Position numbers and translations under genes: made by a program. Of a stretch of DNA of 64,000 nucleotides, positions 20,614 to 31,809 are shown piece after piece. Position 1 is the first letter of the stretch. The number at the start of each line of letters is the position of its first letter. Below the pieces are notes generated by a model that saw nothing but the letters and a program-made list of their open reading frames with translations, was not told the DNA's origin and did no database searches. The stretch comes from Cenarchaeum sp. (GTDB lineage: Archaea > Thermoproteota > Nitrososphaeria > Nitrososphaerales > Nitrosopumilaceae), in assembly GCA_965242695.1 (NCBI GenBank), contig CBDESU010000002.1, positions 416,001 to 480,000 on the forward strand. The letters run 5' to 3'.

Positions 20614-21375
20614 GCGCACTCGCCCCAGTATATCTCGGCCCGGCATGCTCTTGTGCGCCCGCTGCTCCCGCCCCCAGGTTCTGTGTGTTTTGGGGCGCTG
20701 GAAAGGGTACCAGCCGTGCGCGGATCCGCACTGCGTTTTTCTCCTGTCCCTGCGCTAGCTATGACTCCCGTTGCGCATGTATTCCTGTACACCTTTGCCG
20801 CCGCCGTGTAATCGGCTGGGCGCACAGGGCGCGGCGCGCCCTGGTGCGGCAAAACGGGATGTGGCACCCTCTGCATGCCCGGCGCCGCATACAATCCTGT
20901 GCGTGAAAAGCAGGGCCGCGCCGATATGTGAAGATCCGGTGGGGGCGGCCCTGTTGCGCACAGATGTCGTTGGGCGGACGGGCGGGATGGCGGGATGCGC
21001 CCGGTGGGGGCGGCGGACGGAGGGGCCACGGACGCCAGCTGCGCCCGACCCGCCCCGACGGCGGGCCACGGGTCACCTCTCTCATGGCCATTGCCCGTAG
21101 CGTGACTCCTCATGCAGGCCGCATCCACCGGCGCAATAAAAGCCATAGGTTTCTGCGGGCAACAACGAAAGAGAGAGGAGGGATTGGCTCTGACAGGGAC
21201 TAGATATCGATGGGATGGATCGAGTGGGCGTCTTTGCTCCGCCCGCCACCCCGCCGCGCGGCCCTAGCATGCTACGCCCCCAGCTACACGCCGGCACGGC
21301 ACCGATCTAGATGCGGGCCAGGCGGACGGCGGGAGAGGCTTATTATCCGGCGCACGGGGCGCACCCTGAGCGTAG

Positions 21376-24300
21376 ATGGACAAGGATGCGGCGGGCCAGC
21401 CCATGTCCGATGCCGCCCAAGAGCCGTCCGAGGACGGGCGGTGCGGCGGGGCCCGGCAAGCCGGAGACGCCGGCGCTACAGGGCATGCAGGCGGCGTAGC
21501 AGGGAACGCGCGTACCGCGCCCCTCCTGCCGCCCGCGTCAAGCGCACTTTGCGCCGCGGGCGGGGAGGAGGGCAATGCGGGCAGGCTAGCGGGCGCCGTG
21601 CGCAGGAGCGGGGACGGATGGGAGGCCACGGATCCCGCGCAGAACGAGACGGCGGCAAGGCTGGCCCAGTACGAGCCAAGGGCCAGGGATGCGTACTTGG
21701 AAGCGCTGTACGCGCTGCAACAGTACGAGTACCCGGGCCGGCTGGTGCACGCAGCGCATTCCCTAAGGGATGTCATAGACCTGCTGGCCAGATCTAAGCA
21801 GGCGAAGCATGAGCGAAAGAAATCCCTCGGCTTCGAACTAAGAAAGACTTTGCTACAGGAGGTGTTCGATCCCCGTGCCCGGCATGCGACCCGCAGAGAC
21901 GGCGAGTGCAGCAAACTGGCCTTGATGTACAGCAAGCTCAGTGAAATTGCGCACCACGGCAGGCAGGCTGCAGAAGAGGAGCTGACCAGTGCGCTCTCGA
22001 AGCTGGAGGAGGCGCTGAGAATCCTCGACTCCCCCCAGTTGGCAGTAAACAAGGAAATGGACGACATACTGTCAAAGCCTCCGTCCGAAGAGTTGGCATG
22101 GCGGCTCGTCGGAATGCAGAACCGCGTGGCCACTCAGAACAGGCTGGCTGAGAACCTGCCCGTAGAGTGGCTACCGTACATGGAGAAGGCTAGGTATTTT
22201 GCGGAGCCAGAGCCTGCAGGCACGTTAGATCATACGTCTTACCCCATATGGCCGCCGTCGCTGTACCTGCGCAGGTGCACAAGACGGTTTGGCGCAAAGA
22301 TCGCAGAGATAATCACTACAACCAAGTTCGAACGTGAGTCAGAGCGAAACCCCGCTGTCTACATGGACTTTCTTGCCTGCGCATGCGACCTGCCCCTGTC
22401 CGATGCAGAAAAGATAGCTGTCAAGGCGCTCAAGGAAGGCTGGGACGACTGTACCAGCATCATCATGCACGACAATGGATATATGGAACTGGCCAAGAGG
22501 TTGTACCTTGGGGGAAGGCATGCCATTGCGGCAGAGATGTTCTTCTCTTTGCTGAAGGCAAAGATGCTGGAAGCGTCGGTGGAGAACGAGAGGAAGCCGG
22601 ACTCCCAACGGTTCGCAGTGCAGGCGGACGTCGAGTGGTTCGCCATGGAGCTGCGCGAGAAGATGCTCCCCCTAGCCAAGAGCTGCCCCTGGCCCGTCAT
22701 GAACCTGCTGGGGCTCTTCCTGGACGAAGTCGACAAGCATGGCGCCGAGAGAAGGAAGAAGGTGGGCAAAACCGACGACCCGAAGGGAAGACAGGTGGGC
22801 AAAACCGAAGCAGAAAAGATAGTTAGCGAGCTGCTGGACTGCAAGCGTGACTGGGACGACGATGCATGGTCTCTGTTCCAGAGGCAGATGGTCGATTTTG
22901 TCACCATCTTTGTCACCGACTGCATTAGGAACCATGTCCCGCGAACGTCCGACGGGATGGCCCGGCTGAGGGAGATCATGGTAGAGTTCTACAAAAAGGG
23001 CCACATGGCGTTCAGAAAGATCGAGCTATCCGCCTATGCCGAGTTTCTCGTCGAGTTTAGGCCCGAGGTCGAAACATCAGTGCTGATGTATTTTGACCGA
23101 CAGGACATGCACGATGAGTATCGCACACTGCTAGGGGCCTCATTCTGCCATCTCGGACAGCAAGTGAAGCAGGAGGTGCTAAAGAAGATAGACAGGGGGC
23201 CCAGCCAGGATCGGCTCGACGACATTGAGGTATGGCACGGGGCGGCCCGGGCACAGGCAGCCGAAAAGCACTGGAAGCTCGGGCACCTGCATCAAGTCAG
23301 GGAGCACCTGGAGGGAGAGCACCTTGCGGCGTATCGGACCCTGCTCAGAGAGATGGGCGAGCCCAAACAGCCGAAGCGGGTGCAACCCATCGTCAAGGTT
23401 CAGGACACGGGGCATAGCGACAGCGGTGTGCTGGCTGGCAAAAGCGTGGACCAGGCATTCGAGCACATGAGGGAGCATGGGGACAGCGTAGACGAGTTTT
23501 TCGAGAGAATGCACCTGGGAACAGAGTTCGAGGAGTACGCAAGAGACAACCCGGAAGAGTGCTCCAAGAGGGCGTACGAGGCCAGGACTATCAGCCCCGC
23601 CGCGCTTCGCTACATGGTGTCGGGCCTAGGCGCCACGTTGCGGGAGGGCAGGAACATCGACTGGGACGGGGCCCTGCGGTTGATCGAGCATACGGTGGCC
23701 GCCAGGCGTGCACGCGGGTGCGGGCCGGCGGAATTATCCCTCCTGAGCGCCATGTGCAGCCTGATCGAGAGGGGGCTAAAGGGCGACTTTATCGACATGG
23801 GCACGAGGAGGCGCGTGTGGGACGTGATAGAGGCCTTTGTGGAGATCGGCGCCGAATGCGCAGAGGACGCGGATGCTAGGTGGCAACAGCGGCGGGGGAG
23901 AGTGGTTGTCGTACGGGCAAGGCGGAACAGACGGGCAACGGAACCCACGGGGATGAGCCCGCTTGACGCATCGCTCAATGAGGTAGACGGCCTGTCGTTC
24001 CATGCCGCCTACCAGTATGCGGCATGGTGCCAGAGGCAGGGAGAGGAAAAGGGGGCCTTTGCCCCCGAGGCAGGGCGCGTGTTCGACTCCTACCTGGACA
24101 GGGACACAGATGCACATTCGGCTGCAAGGCACGCGGTGCTGGGCGCCTTTCTTACCAGCTTTTACCAACTTGACCACGAGTGGGCGGAGAGGCTGTCCAC
24201 TAGGATCGCCAGCGGCAAGGAGGCAAAGGGCGCCTTCTGGGAGTCCTATGTAGCGTGGAACGACGTGTACCCCCACGTCTTCAAGGACCTGCTCCCCCTG

Positions 24301-24885
24301 TACCGCGAGTTCACCAAGAAAGGAGCAATGCAATGCGGAGCCAGCAAACGGGCGTCCGAGTCTACGATCGTCCATGTCATGCTGGCGCACCTCTACGGCC
24401 TAGAGGGGGCCGACAAGCCGGTAAAGAACCTGCTCGGCGGGAGCGACGAGACGCTGCAAGAGTGCGCCCGCCAGATAGCCATTATCATGAGGGGCAAGGC
24501 CGACGATCCCGACTTTGACAAAGAGAGACTGGCGGCCCTGTGGAAGGATCCGGGCTTTGCAAGGTGCGATCTCGGCATGTGGCTTGTGAACAGCCCCCTT
24601 GACAAAGGGGACACGATTGCCCTGTACCGCGACCACGTCGCTGGATACCAGGGCGAAATCAACCTGTACGCCCCCGTCAAGCACCTCGTCCCGTACGCCA
24701 AGGACTTTCCGGAAGAGGTAGCCGATTGCCTCGAGGCGCTGGTCGACAGGTGCGGCGGCTACGTGCTGGATCAAGTGTGGGAAGTGCTAACGCCCCTGCG
24801 CGACTCGGACAGCGTAGCTGTCAAGGAAAGATGCGGCGCCATCGACGAAAAGCTGGCGCAACGAGGCCACGAGTATGGATCGTAG
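21376..24885 (+). CDS. large helical-repeat protein with HEPN-like N-terminal region
   Basis: 1169-aa ORF; AAHSLRDVID...YSKLSEIAHH followed by a long alpha-helical region; no Walker A seen. Confidence 0.7.
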   Translation: MDKDAAGQPMSDAAQEPSEDGRCGGARQAGDAGATGHAGGVAGNARTAPLLPPASSALCAAGGEEGNAGRLAGAVRRSGDGWEATDPAQNETAARLAQYEPRARDAYLEALYALQQYEYPGRLVHAAHSLRDVIDLLARSKQAKHERKKSLGFELRKTLLQEVFDPRARHATRRDGECSKLALMYSKLSEIAHHGRQAAEEELTSALSKLEEALRILDSPQLAVNKEMDDILSKPPSEELAWRLVGMQNRVATQNRLAENLPVEWLPYMEKARYFAEPEPAGTLDHTSYPIWPPSLYLRRCTRRFGAKIAEIITTTKFERESERNPAVYMDFLACACDLPLSDAEKIAVKALKEGWDDCTSIIMHDNGYMELAKRLYLGGRHAIAAEMFFSLLKAKMLEASVENERKPDSQRFAVQADVEWFAMELREKMLPLAKSCPWPVMNLLGLFLDEVDKHGAERRKKVGKTDDPKGRQVGKTEAEKIVSELLDCKRDWDDDAWSLFQRQMVDFVTIFVTDCIRNHVPRTSDGMARLREIMVEFYKKGHMAFRKIELSAYAEFLVEFRPEVETSVLMYFDRQDMHDEYRTLLGASFCHLGQQVKQEVLKKIDRGPSQDRLDDIEVWHGAARAQAAEKHWKLGHLHQVREHLEGEHLAAYRTLLREMGEPKQPKRVQPIVKVQDTGHSDSGVLAGKSVDQAFEHMREHGDSVDEFFERMHLGTEFEEYARDNPEECSKRAYEARTISPAALRYMVSGLGATLREGRNIDWDGALRLIEHTVAARRARGCGPAELSLLSAMCSLIERGLKGDFIDMGTRRRVWDVIEAFVEIGAECAEDADARWQQRRGRVVVVRARRNRRATEPTGMSPLDASLNEVDGLSFHAAYQYAAWCQRQGEEKGAFAPEAGRVFDSYLDRDTDAHSAARHAVLGAFLTSFYQLDHEWAERLSTRIASGKEAKGAFWESYVAWNDVYPHVFKDLLPLYREFTKKGAMQCGASKRASESTIVHVMLAHLYGLEGADKPVKNLLGGSDETLQECARQIAIIMRGKADDPDFDKERLAALWKDPGFARCDLGMWLVNSPLDKGDTIALYRDHVAGYQGEINLYAPVKHLVPYAKDFPEEVADCLEALVDRCGGYVLDQVWEVLTPLRDSDSVAVKERCGAIDEKLAQRGHEYGS

Positions 24886-24990
24886 CGGCAGGAGCATCAA
24901 CAGCTCAAAACGGAGAACGCCGTGCACGTGTGAGTCTTCCAATAGCCCCGGCGGCAGACCGGCACGCCGGGGCAGAAAGGGAGAGGGGTA

Positions 24991-25374
24991 TCAGCCAAAC
25001 AGTGTGCGGAGAATCAATAGCGGCACTTGGAGCATGGATAGTAGCGCATCCACCCATTTTCTGGGTCTTTCTTGATCATCGGGCCCATGGCCACTGAGCA
25101 GGCGCTCGTGGCAGGAGATCATGGCCGGCATTGCGGCGGCCACTAGGCGCTCGTCTGCGAACGCGATCGCTTGCCTGGTCAGCGCCTCAGCCCTTTCTTG
25201 GGACATGTGCGCCCCCGCGCTATTCACCATTTGCCTGAAATCTCGGTCGGCCTCCATGTAGTCTGATTTTCGTGGCTTGGGAAGATAGTGATACAATGCG
25301 GCGGGATTGGAGAGGGGCCGTGCAGTGATTTGCTCCATGCGCCTCCAAAACTGGTTCGCCTCCTCGACCCCCAT
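24991..25374 (-). CDS. hypothetical protein
   Basis: 127-aa ORF; TTTAATA about 27 nt upstream. Confidence 0.55.
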   Translation of the reverse strand: MGVEEANQFWRRMEQITARPLSNPAALYHYLPKPRKSDYMEADRDFRQMVNSAGAHMSQERAEALTRQAIAFADERLVAAAMPAMISCHERLLSGHGPDDQERPRKWVDALLSMLQVPLLILRTLFG

Positions 25375-25774
25375 TTCAGTTGAGCGAACGCCAGCGCCCC
25401 CTATTAAAGCTATAGTTGCGGTGGCATCGGGGCAAGGCGGCCGTGGCGCGAGCCGGTGGGCGCAGGGACACCTGCCGCGGGCAGGTGCTTACGCAGGCCT
25501 AGTCTTGGGCCAGAACACTCGGATCATGCGATCGCCTTGAACGTGGCCGACAATGGGCGAGCAGAGACAGATGCTGGCATGGAGCTGCCTCGTCTGTGAC
25601 ACCAAGCCACCCGGCGATCAGATCGGTAATCACTGCCATCGCTACACCACTCATGTGCGAGTGTGGCGAAAATCAACAGACGTGTGTCGGCGTAGCTGCC
25701 GCTAGGACATCAACCGCCTGTCGCGCGGCGAACCAGAGAAGGGTTATTAAGCCCCCCCTAGGCGCCCTGCGCAG

Positions 25775-26728
25775 ATGGTGTTGACTGACGAGGGGTGGCT
25801 CAGGGGTCGGCTTGGCAAGCTGGTCGCTGGCTCTGCGAAGATTACGGACGACGGGCCGACTACTGACTACAAATACCACACGGCGCTAAAGCTGGTGGCT
25901 ATACAATACTACGCGGAGACATTTGTAAAGGTGGTGCGCAAACAAGTGCGTGAGAAAAAGGCCGACGGGGCCGTCTTCATAGACCTCTTTGCGGGGACGG
26001 GCGCCGTCACGTTTAGGGGATCGCCGCACGACGACCGGCTGCCTGGCTCGTCGTGCTGCGTGGCGCAGATTCAAGATGGTTTTGACCATCTGGTGTGCAT
26101 AGAGAAGAGCCCACGCAAGCAAAAGGCGGTGCAGGGTCGCCTAGCTAGGATTTTAAACGAATCAGACTTTGACGTGATCCAGGGCGACTGCAACGAGGTG
26201 GTCGAAGATGTGATCTCACGAGTGCGCAAGAGATTCAAAAATCCCATAGTTCTGGTGTTTGCAGATCCCGAGGGCCTTCATATAAAGGCCAAGACCCTTC
26301 AAAGGATCGGTGACGAGTTTAATCGGTGCGATTTTGTCATAAACGTCAACAGCGCGGGTGTAGGCCGCGTAGTGGCAAAGATCAAAAAGGGAATGGGCGA
26401 TGTCGAAAGGTCGTTGGAGGACTACATGGACGCCGATATCAATGAGATCTTGCGCGGGTTAGAGAACAAGTCGCCCGAAGAATATTATTACAAAAAAATT
26501 GTTGAAAGGGCCCTGGGCAAGCCCATCGGCAGCACGATCAAGATCATGGAGAAGCCTACACAGTTATCTTACTACCTGCTGGGCTACACACGTCTCACTC
26601 GCGGCGGCGCGGGGTACGCCAAGGCGTTTCGGGAGCTGGAGCGTCGCTTCAAGTCCCTTACGGGGAACACGGTTCGTATCGAGATGGAAAAGCTCCAAAA
26701 CAGGCAGGAAACACTGAATGGGAGTTGA
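25775..26728 (+). CDS. tcmP: three-Cys-motif partner protein (TcmP, methyltransferase-like fold)
   Basis: HTALKL...YY, FIDLFAGTG, PGS, GDCN, LVFADPEG; adjacent to DUF5131. Confidence 0.85.
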   Translation: MVLTDEGWLRGRLGKLVAGSAKITDDGPTTDYKYHTALKLVAIQYYAETFVKVVRKQVREKKADGAVFIDLFAGTGAVTFRGSPHDDRLPGSSCCVAQIQDGFDHLVCIEKSPRKQKAVQGRLARILNESDFDVIQGDCNEVVEDVISRVRKRFKNPIVLVFADPEGLHIKAKTLQRIGDEFNRCDFVINVNSAGVGRVVAKIKKGMGDVERSLEDYMDADINEILRGLENKSPEEYYYKKIVERALGKPIGSTIKIMEKPTQLSYYLLGYTRLTRGGAGYAKAFRELERRFKSLTGNTVRIEMEKLQNRQETLNGS

Positions 26729-26764
26729 GACGGCCAGTCGATCCTGTCGTCTTGCGCCTGCATT

Positions 26765-27556
26765 CTAGCAGACTAATCCTGCCAGCCTAGACGCCCCGCC
26801 TTGCTTTGCATGAATCGCCCTTGCATGCCCAAGGTCCGGGTACTCGCCGATCGCCTCGCCGTGGACGAGGCGGCCGTTCGCCTTCGGGGTGCGCCCGCCC
26901 CACTGCTTGAAGAAGACCGGGACGCCGTCCTCACGGCACATGGATATCAGGTTGTCGACCCATTCGGGGTCCATGTGGCGGCAGTGCGGGCCGCTCTCGC
27001 CGCCGATGATGGCCCAGTCGATCCCCCTCAGCGACCTCGCGCGGATATTCTCGAGCAGCGGCTCGAAGCTGACGAACCGCGTTTCGCATCGGACGGCGAG
27101 CAGCTCGCCTATGCGGTGCGCCGCCGCGTTGTCCTCTACGCTGGTCCCCATCCATATGTGCGGCGGGACGGGGATGCCGTAGTGCGCCTCGAACATGCGC
27201 GAGAACTCGGCCATGCGGGCGGGGCGCTTTGTGAGGACCTGGTAGGTGTGCCAGTCGGCCCGCAGCATGGTGTGGAAGCACCTCCCGACGAACGCATAGT
27301 CCGCATTCTCGTGGAACAGGTCGGACATGCTGTTGACGAATATGCGGCGCGGCTTGCGCCAGCGCAGCGGGATGTCGATGTCCGCCTCGTGCTCGGCATA
27401 CTCGAAGTTGCGTGCGTACTTTTTCTGTCCCATGGCCTGGAGGCGGTTCGTGAGGCGCGCGGCGTAGCAGTTCTTGCAGCCGCTTGAGATCTTTGTGCAG
27501 CCGGTCGTCGGGTTCCACGTAGCCTCGGTCCACTCGATGGCGGATACGGCGGCCAA
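26765..27556 (-). CDS. DUF5131 (phage Gp37/Gp68-like three-Cys protein), copy 1
   Basis: IEWTEATWNPTTGCTKISSGCKNCYA, FVNSMSDLFH, LTKRP, SFEPLL, IGGESG, FFKQWGG. Confidence 0.93.
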   Translation of the reverse strand: MAAVSAIEWTEATWNPTTGCTKISSGCKNCYAARLTNRLQAMGQKKYARNFEYAEHEADIDIPLRWRKPRRIFVNSMSDLFHENADYAFVGRCFHTMLRADWHTYQVLTKRPARMAEFSRMFEAHYGIPVPPHIWMGTSVEDNAAAHRIGELLAVRCETRFVSFEPLLENIRARSLRGIDWAIIGGESGPHCRHMDPEWVDNLISMCREDGVPVFFKQWGGRTPKANGRLVHGEAIGEYPDLGHARAIHAKQGGASRLAGLVC

Positions 27557-28534
27557 TGCTAGCGCCGCCTCCCACTGCGCGCGGCCCGGGTACGGCGAGG
27601 CAGGCGCCGAGTGCCGCCCAAGATTTCCATGCGATCTGCCAGCCGGCCAGGGGCGTCCGCCTTGACGCCCGCCCTCTCAGAGTCCGGCGCCGCGCCTGTC
27701 CGCAAGGTGCGCCGCGCCAAGGGCGGCGGCCCATGCAGGATGCCGGCCCCGCCAGGCACGACAGGCAGGCCGCACCGGGCCCGGCCCGCTCCGCACCGCC
27801 TGAACCTAGCGCCGCCCGTCCACGCCGCGCCGCCCCCGCACGGCGCGGCCGCAGGACAGACATGGGCCAGCCTGCGCCCGCGCACGCCTCTCCCGCCCCC
27901 CGCCGAAAGCGGGCGGGGGCCAGACCTGCCGTTCATGGGAGGCCGCGCCAGACGGTACGGTATCTGTGTTTGCTAGTGCTAGGAGTTGACAACTTGTCAG
28001 CTGGTTTTCCAACCGCCCTCCCGCATCGGCGCAGGTGCGCCTCAACTGCAATGCGGGGAAGCGGGGCGGCGTTCTCGCCATCCTGCCCCTACAATACAGG
28101 CGGCCGCCCAACTGTGGCGGGCCTGTTCGACACTGCGAAATGGCCCTCGCCACCCTCGTCCCCTGCGTCCGGCCGACGCGCCTCCGGCCGACGCGCCCTT
28201 GTGCATTACAGCAGTGGCGCGACGATTCGGCAGAGGTTCTTGGCCGCCAGCGGCAGTCGGAGGCTGCCCGCAGACGCGCCCTGTCTGGCCGCCGGTGCTA
28301 GCGAGTCTATGCTAGCCCCGGGCGGGGCATGCCATGAGCCGCGCGGGCGGCGTGTTGCCAGATCAAGCAGGGAGCGCAGCGCTGGCCGTACGCCCGCCCG
28401 CTCCCAGGCCTATGCCGAAAAAGCTGGAAAAGGGCAAGCCGCCCAAGATTTGGAATGCGGCGGGCAGTAGTCGTCAAGGCACGTACCCAACAGCTGCCAG
28501 ATCTCGTTCTCAGGCCAGCGCGCATTCAAGGCCG

Positions 28535-29338
28535 TCATGAGATGCCCCCCTGCACCGGGGGCAGTTCTAGCGCAACTTGCATCCTCTTCCTGTCCCAGGC
28601 GCCGGGCCCCCTCACGGCAGGATACCTCCCGATCGGCCTCCCCCTCACGAGCCGCCCGCCGGCCTTTGGGGTGCGCCCGCCCCACTGCTTGAAGAAGACC
28701 GGGACGCCGTCCCGCCTGCACTGGGCAATCAGGCCGTCGACCCAGCCCGGGTCCACGGGCCGGTGCCGCGGGCCGCTCTCGCCGCCGATGATGGCCCAGT
28801 CGATCCCCCTCAGCGACCTCTTGCGGATCCTCTCTAGCAGCGGCTCGAAGCTTACGAACCGCATCCGGCAGCGCACCCCGAGCAGCTCGCCTATGCGGTG
28901 CGCCGCCGCGTTGTCCTCTACGCTGGTCCCCATCCATATGTGGGGCGGGACGGGCAGGCCGTAGTGCGCCTCGAACATGCGCGAGAACTCGGCCATGCGG
29001 GCGGGGCGCTTTGTGAGTATCTGGTAGGTGTGCCAGTCGGCCTGGAGCATGGTGTGGAAGCACCTCCCGACGAACGCATAGTCGGCGTCCTCGTGGAACA
29101 GGTCGGACATGCTGTTGACGAATATGCGGCGCGGCTTGCGCCAGCGCAGCGGGATGTCGATGTCGGCCTCGTGCTCGGCGTACTTGAAGTTGTTCCTGTA
29201 CTTTTTCTGGCCCATGGCCTTTAGGCGCTTTGAGAGGCGCTCGGCGTAGCAGTTCTTGCAGCCGGTAGAAATCTTTGAGCATCCGGTCGTCGGGTTCCAC
29301 GTCGCCTCGGTCCACTCGATGGCGGATAAGTTGGCCAA
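28535..29338 (-). CDS. DUF5131, copy 2
   Basis: Same motifs as copy 1; TTG start with the same upstream GGGAGGCGGCGCTAGC. Confidence 0.93.
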   Translation of the reverse strand: MANLSAIEWTEATWNPTTGCSKISTGCKNCYAERLSKRLKAMGQKKYRNNFKYAEHEADIDIPLRWRKPRRIFVNSMSDLFHEDADYAFVGRCFHTMLQADWHTYQILTKRPARMAEFSRMFEAHYGLPVPPHIWMGTSVEDNAAAHRIGELLGVRCRMRFVSFEPLLERIRKRSLRGIDWAIIGGESGPRHRPVDPGWVDGLIAQCRRDGVPVFFKQWGGRTPKAGGRLVRGRPIGRYPAVRGPGAWDRKRMQVALELPPVQGGIS

Positions 29339-30201
29339 GGCTAGCGCCGCCTCCCGTGCGGGGCGGGCCCTGGCGGGGGGCCGCTGGCGCGCCACGGGTA
29401 CTCTGGCCGCGGGCCGGGCGGGGGGCCGCGGCGCCTAGCCAGGGGCGCCGCATCCCCCCTCGGCGCTGCTGTCTTGCTCTGCACACGGCATTTGGGCCGG
29501 GCTGGGAATCAACTTGGCGTGTCATCAAAATTGCACCCCATGGTGAGCACATCCGCACTCCGGCCCGATCGAGGCTGCTCCGCCGGGGCGACGCCCGCTG
29601 CTAGGCGCGGCGGAGGGGCATCTCCACACGGAGGCGGCGGCATGCCGAGGCCCGCAGCGTCCGCAGGCGGCACGGCGAGATTCCCGCCGCCGTCTGCTGC
29701 GGAATCGGCTCGATTATGCCCCCCCCCCCCCCGCATGCGCAAAGCCGGCAGGCCTCCAAGCTGAGCCCTGGCCGCCCCGCCCGAGGCCAGGCGGCAGGGC
29801 CGCTGGCGCGGGCGGGACCTCGCGCGGCCGGGCGGGCCGTAGTGCGACAGGGGGCGGACGGGCTCCCGGCGAAGCGGCGAGGACTGCGGTTCGCTGGCAG
29901 GCGGCGGCGGTCTAGAACCCCGCCCCGCCCCCGGCGCCCGACGGGGCGAGTGCGGGCGGCGGACGATGGCGCGGCAACAGATGCCCAAGAGTCGGCGCCC
30001 GTCCAGGCTACCGGGGCCGAACCGCACGATGCATGCGCCAGATCCGACCGAAGGGGCGCGACTTTGCGGCGCCCCGCTTACTGCTACATGCCTTCCTACA
30101 ACCCCTTGGCCTGCCCGCGCCTGTGTCACTATCAGGAATACGGTAAATCATCCCAGGGTCCAGTTTTATACATTCATATGCAAACGCCCCGGCGCCGGCC
30201 C

Positions 30202-31809
30202 ATGAACTGGCAAGAGTACGACCTGCAAGAGTCACAAGAGCCCCACCTCGCGATCTATGAGGTTAAAAAGGACGGGGATGGGCGGCAGGAGTGGGGCAGG
30301 GAGGCCGGCGTCCAGTCGTATCTGCGCAGGGCCAAGCAGCTGGCCTACTCGCCCTGGTCCGACCGTGCGGCCCTGCTCGACTTTGTCAGGGCCAGCCCAG
30401 CCCCCGACGCCGAGCACTGCAGGTCCCGCCTCGGCGCAGGCATCAGCCCGCTCTTGAGGTGGCACTACCATACCGCCCTGTTCTTCGCCGAGAGGGGCGA
30501 TTGGCTCTGCAGAGCGGTTCCGCTCGTGCTGGATAGCGCCAGGCGCACCGGCGACGAGTTTTCCGCCTCCGCATACCTGCTGATCGCGCACAACCTAAAC
30601 CGGTGGTTCAACTGCCGCCTGGACGGGCGCGTGCTGGAGACTGCCCTAGGATTTACCCGGGGATGCAGGGCGGCTCGCACCGTGCGCAGAGCAGCCGAGG
30701 TAGTGGCCGTCCTCGAAACGAGCTCTGCGGTCAGGGACGGCCTGCGCGACCACCTTGTAGGGAAGGCGCTGCGCCTCGAGCCAGAGAAAGCCCGCCCGTA
30801 CCTTGCCGCGGCCATCGCCGTGGCGCGCGACAAGGCGCCCGCCAAGGCTGCATGGGCAGGGACGTACGAGCGGCATGCCGACATGCAGGAGGATCCGCTG
30901 CTAAAGTTATCCTACTACGAGTGCGCCAAGCGCCACTTGGACGACCCGGAGAGGCTGCGAGAGGTCAACAAAAAGGCCGCGGCCGCCCAAAAGTCCGTCC
31001 GGCTCGAGGGCCATGCGCACATGTACAATGTCTGGCCTTGCCCGGTGCGCGGGCAGTGCGGCTTCGAGAGGGTGGGGAGCCTCGTCCGCACGTTCATGCG
31101 GCTTGTCCACACCGCCGAGGTCGTGCGCCTGCAGGCGACGGAACCGTGCGGCCCCTCTCCGCTGGAGCATGCGTTCACGCGCATTTCCTTGGGGGACGAC
31201 GGGGTTCCAAGGCCTCTTGGCGGGGGCACCGGCCAGGGCGAGGCAGGCGGACATGCAAGGCAGCTGGCGCATGCGATTCGCCTCTCGGGGCCGGCCCTCT
31301 CCGCTGGCGCCCGCCCCCACGAGGACGGCGGGCGCATAACAGCGGAAAGCTACGTCGGCTACATAGAGTCGTTCGGACTCTGCGCCCCAGCCAACCTGCG
31401 GCTGATCAGGGAGGGCGCCGAGGCGCACTGCGCGGGCAGCTACGCGGCGGCCGTCCACATACTGCTGCCCCAGCTGGAGCATGCCCTCAGATCCATCCTT
31501 GAGGCAGGGGGTGCCGGCACGGCGAGGGGAAGGGAGGCCAAACTGGACCTGCTAAAGCCTATGATAGAGCGGGGCGGCGGCGCGATCGGCCGCGGCCTGG
31601 CCGAGTTTTTGAGGGTGTGGCTGGTCGACGACGGGGCGGGGTCGATCAACCTCCGCAACAGGGTATGCCACGGCATGTACGCGGACTATGGGAGCATGGA
31701 CGGGTACGATCCGCTGCACGAGCTTGGCCACGGGACGTCGCTCATGCTTGTACTGGCCATCTGCGCGCTGGCCGTCCGATCCGTGCACGGGGGCGGCTCG
31801 GCTGCGTAG
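30202..31809 (+). CDS. DUF4209-like (HEPN-type RxxxxH) protein
   Basis: AVHILLPQLEHALR...INLRNRVCHG; TTTTATA at about 30164-30170. Confidence 0.75.
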   Translation: MNWQEYDLQESQEPHLAIYEVKKDGDGRQEWGREAGVQSYLRRAKQLAYSPWSDRAALLDFVRASPAPDAEHCRSRLGAGISPLLRWHYHTALFFAERGDWLCRAVPLVLDSARRTGDEFSASAYLLIAHNLNRWFNCRLDGRVLETALGFTRGCRAARTVRRAAEVVAVLETSSAVRDGLRDHLVGKALRLEPEKARPYLAAAIAVARDKAPAKAAWAGTYERHADMQEDPLLKLSYYECAKRHLDDPERLREVNKKAAAAQKSVRLEGHAHMYNVWPCPVRGQCGFERVGSLVRTFMRLVHTAEVVRLQATEPCGPSPLEHAFTRISLGDDGVPRPLGGGTGQGEAGGHARQLAHAIRLSGPALSAGARPHEDGGRITAESYVGYIESFGLCAPANLRLIREGAEAHCAGSYAAAVHILLPQLEHALRSILEAGGAGTARGREAKLDLLKPMIERGGGAIGRGLAEFLRVWLVDDGAGSINLRNRVCHGMYADYGSMDGYDPLHELGHGTSLMLVLAICALAVRSVHGGGSAA

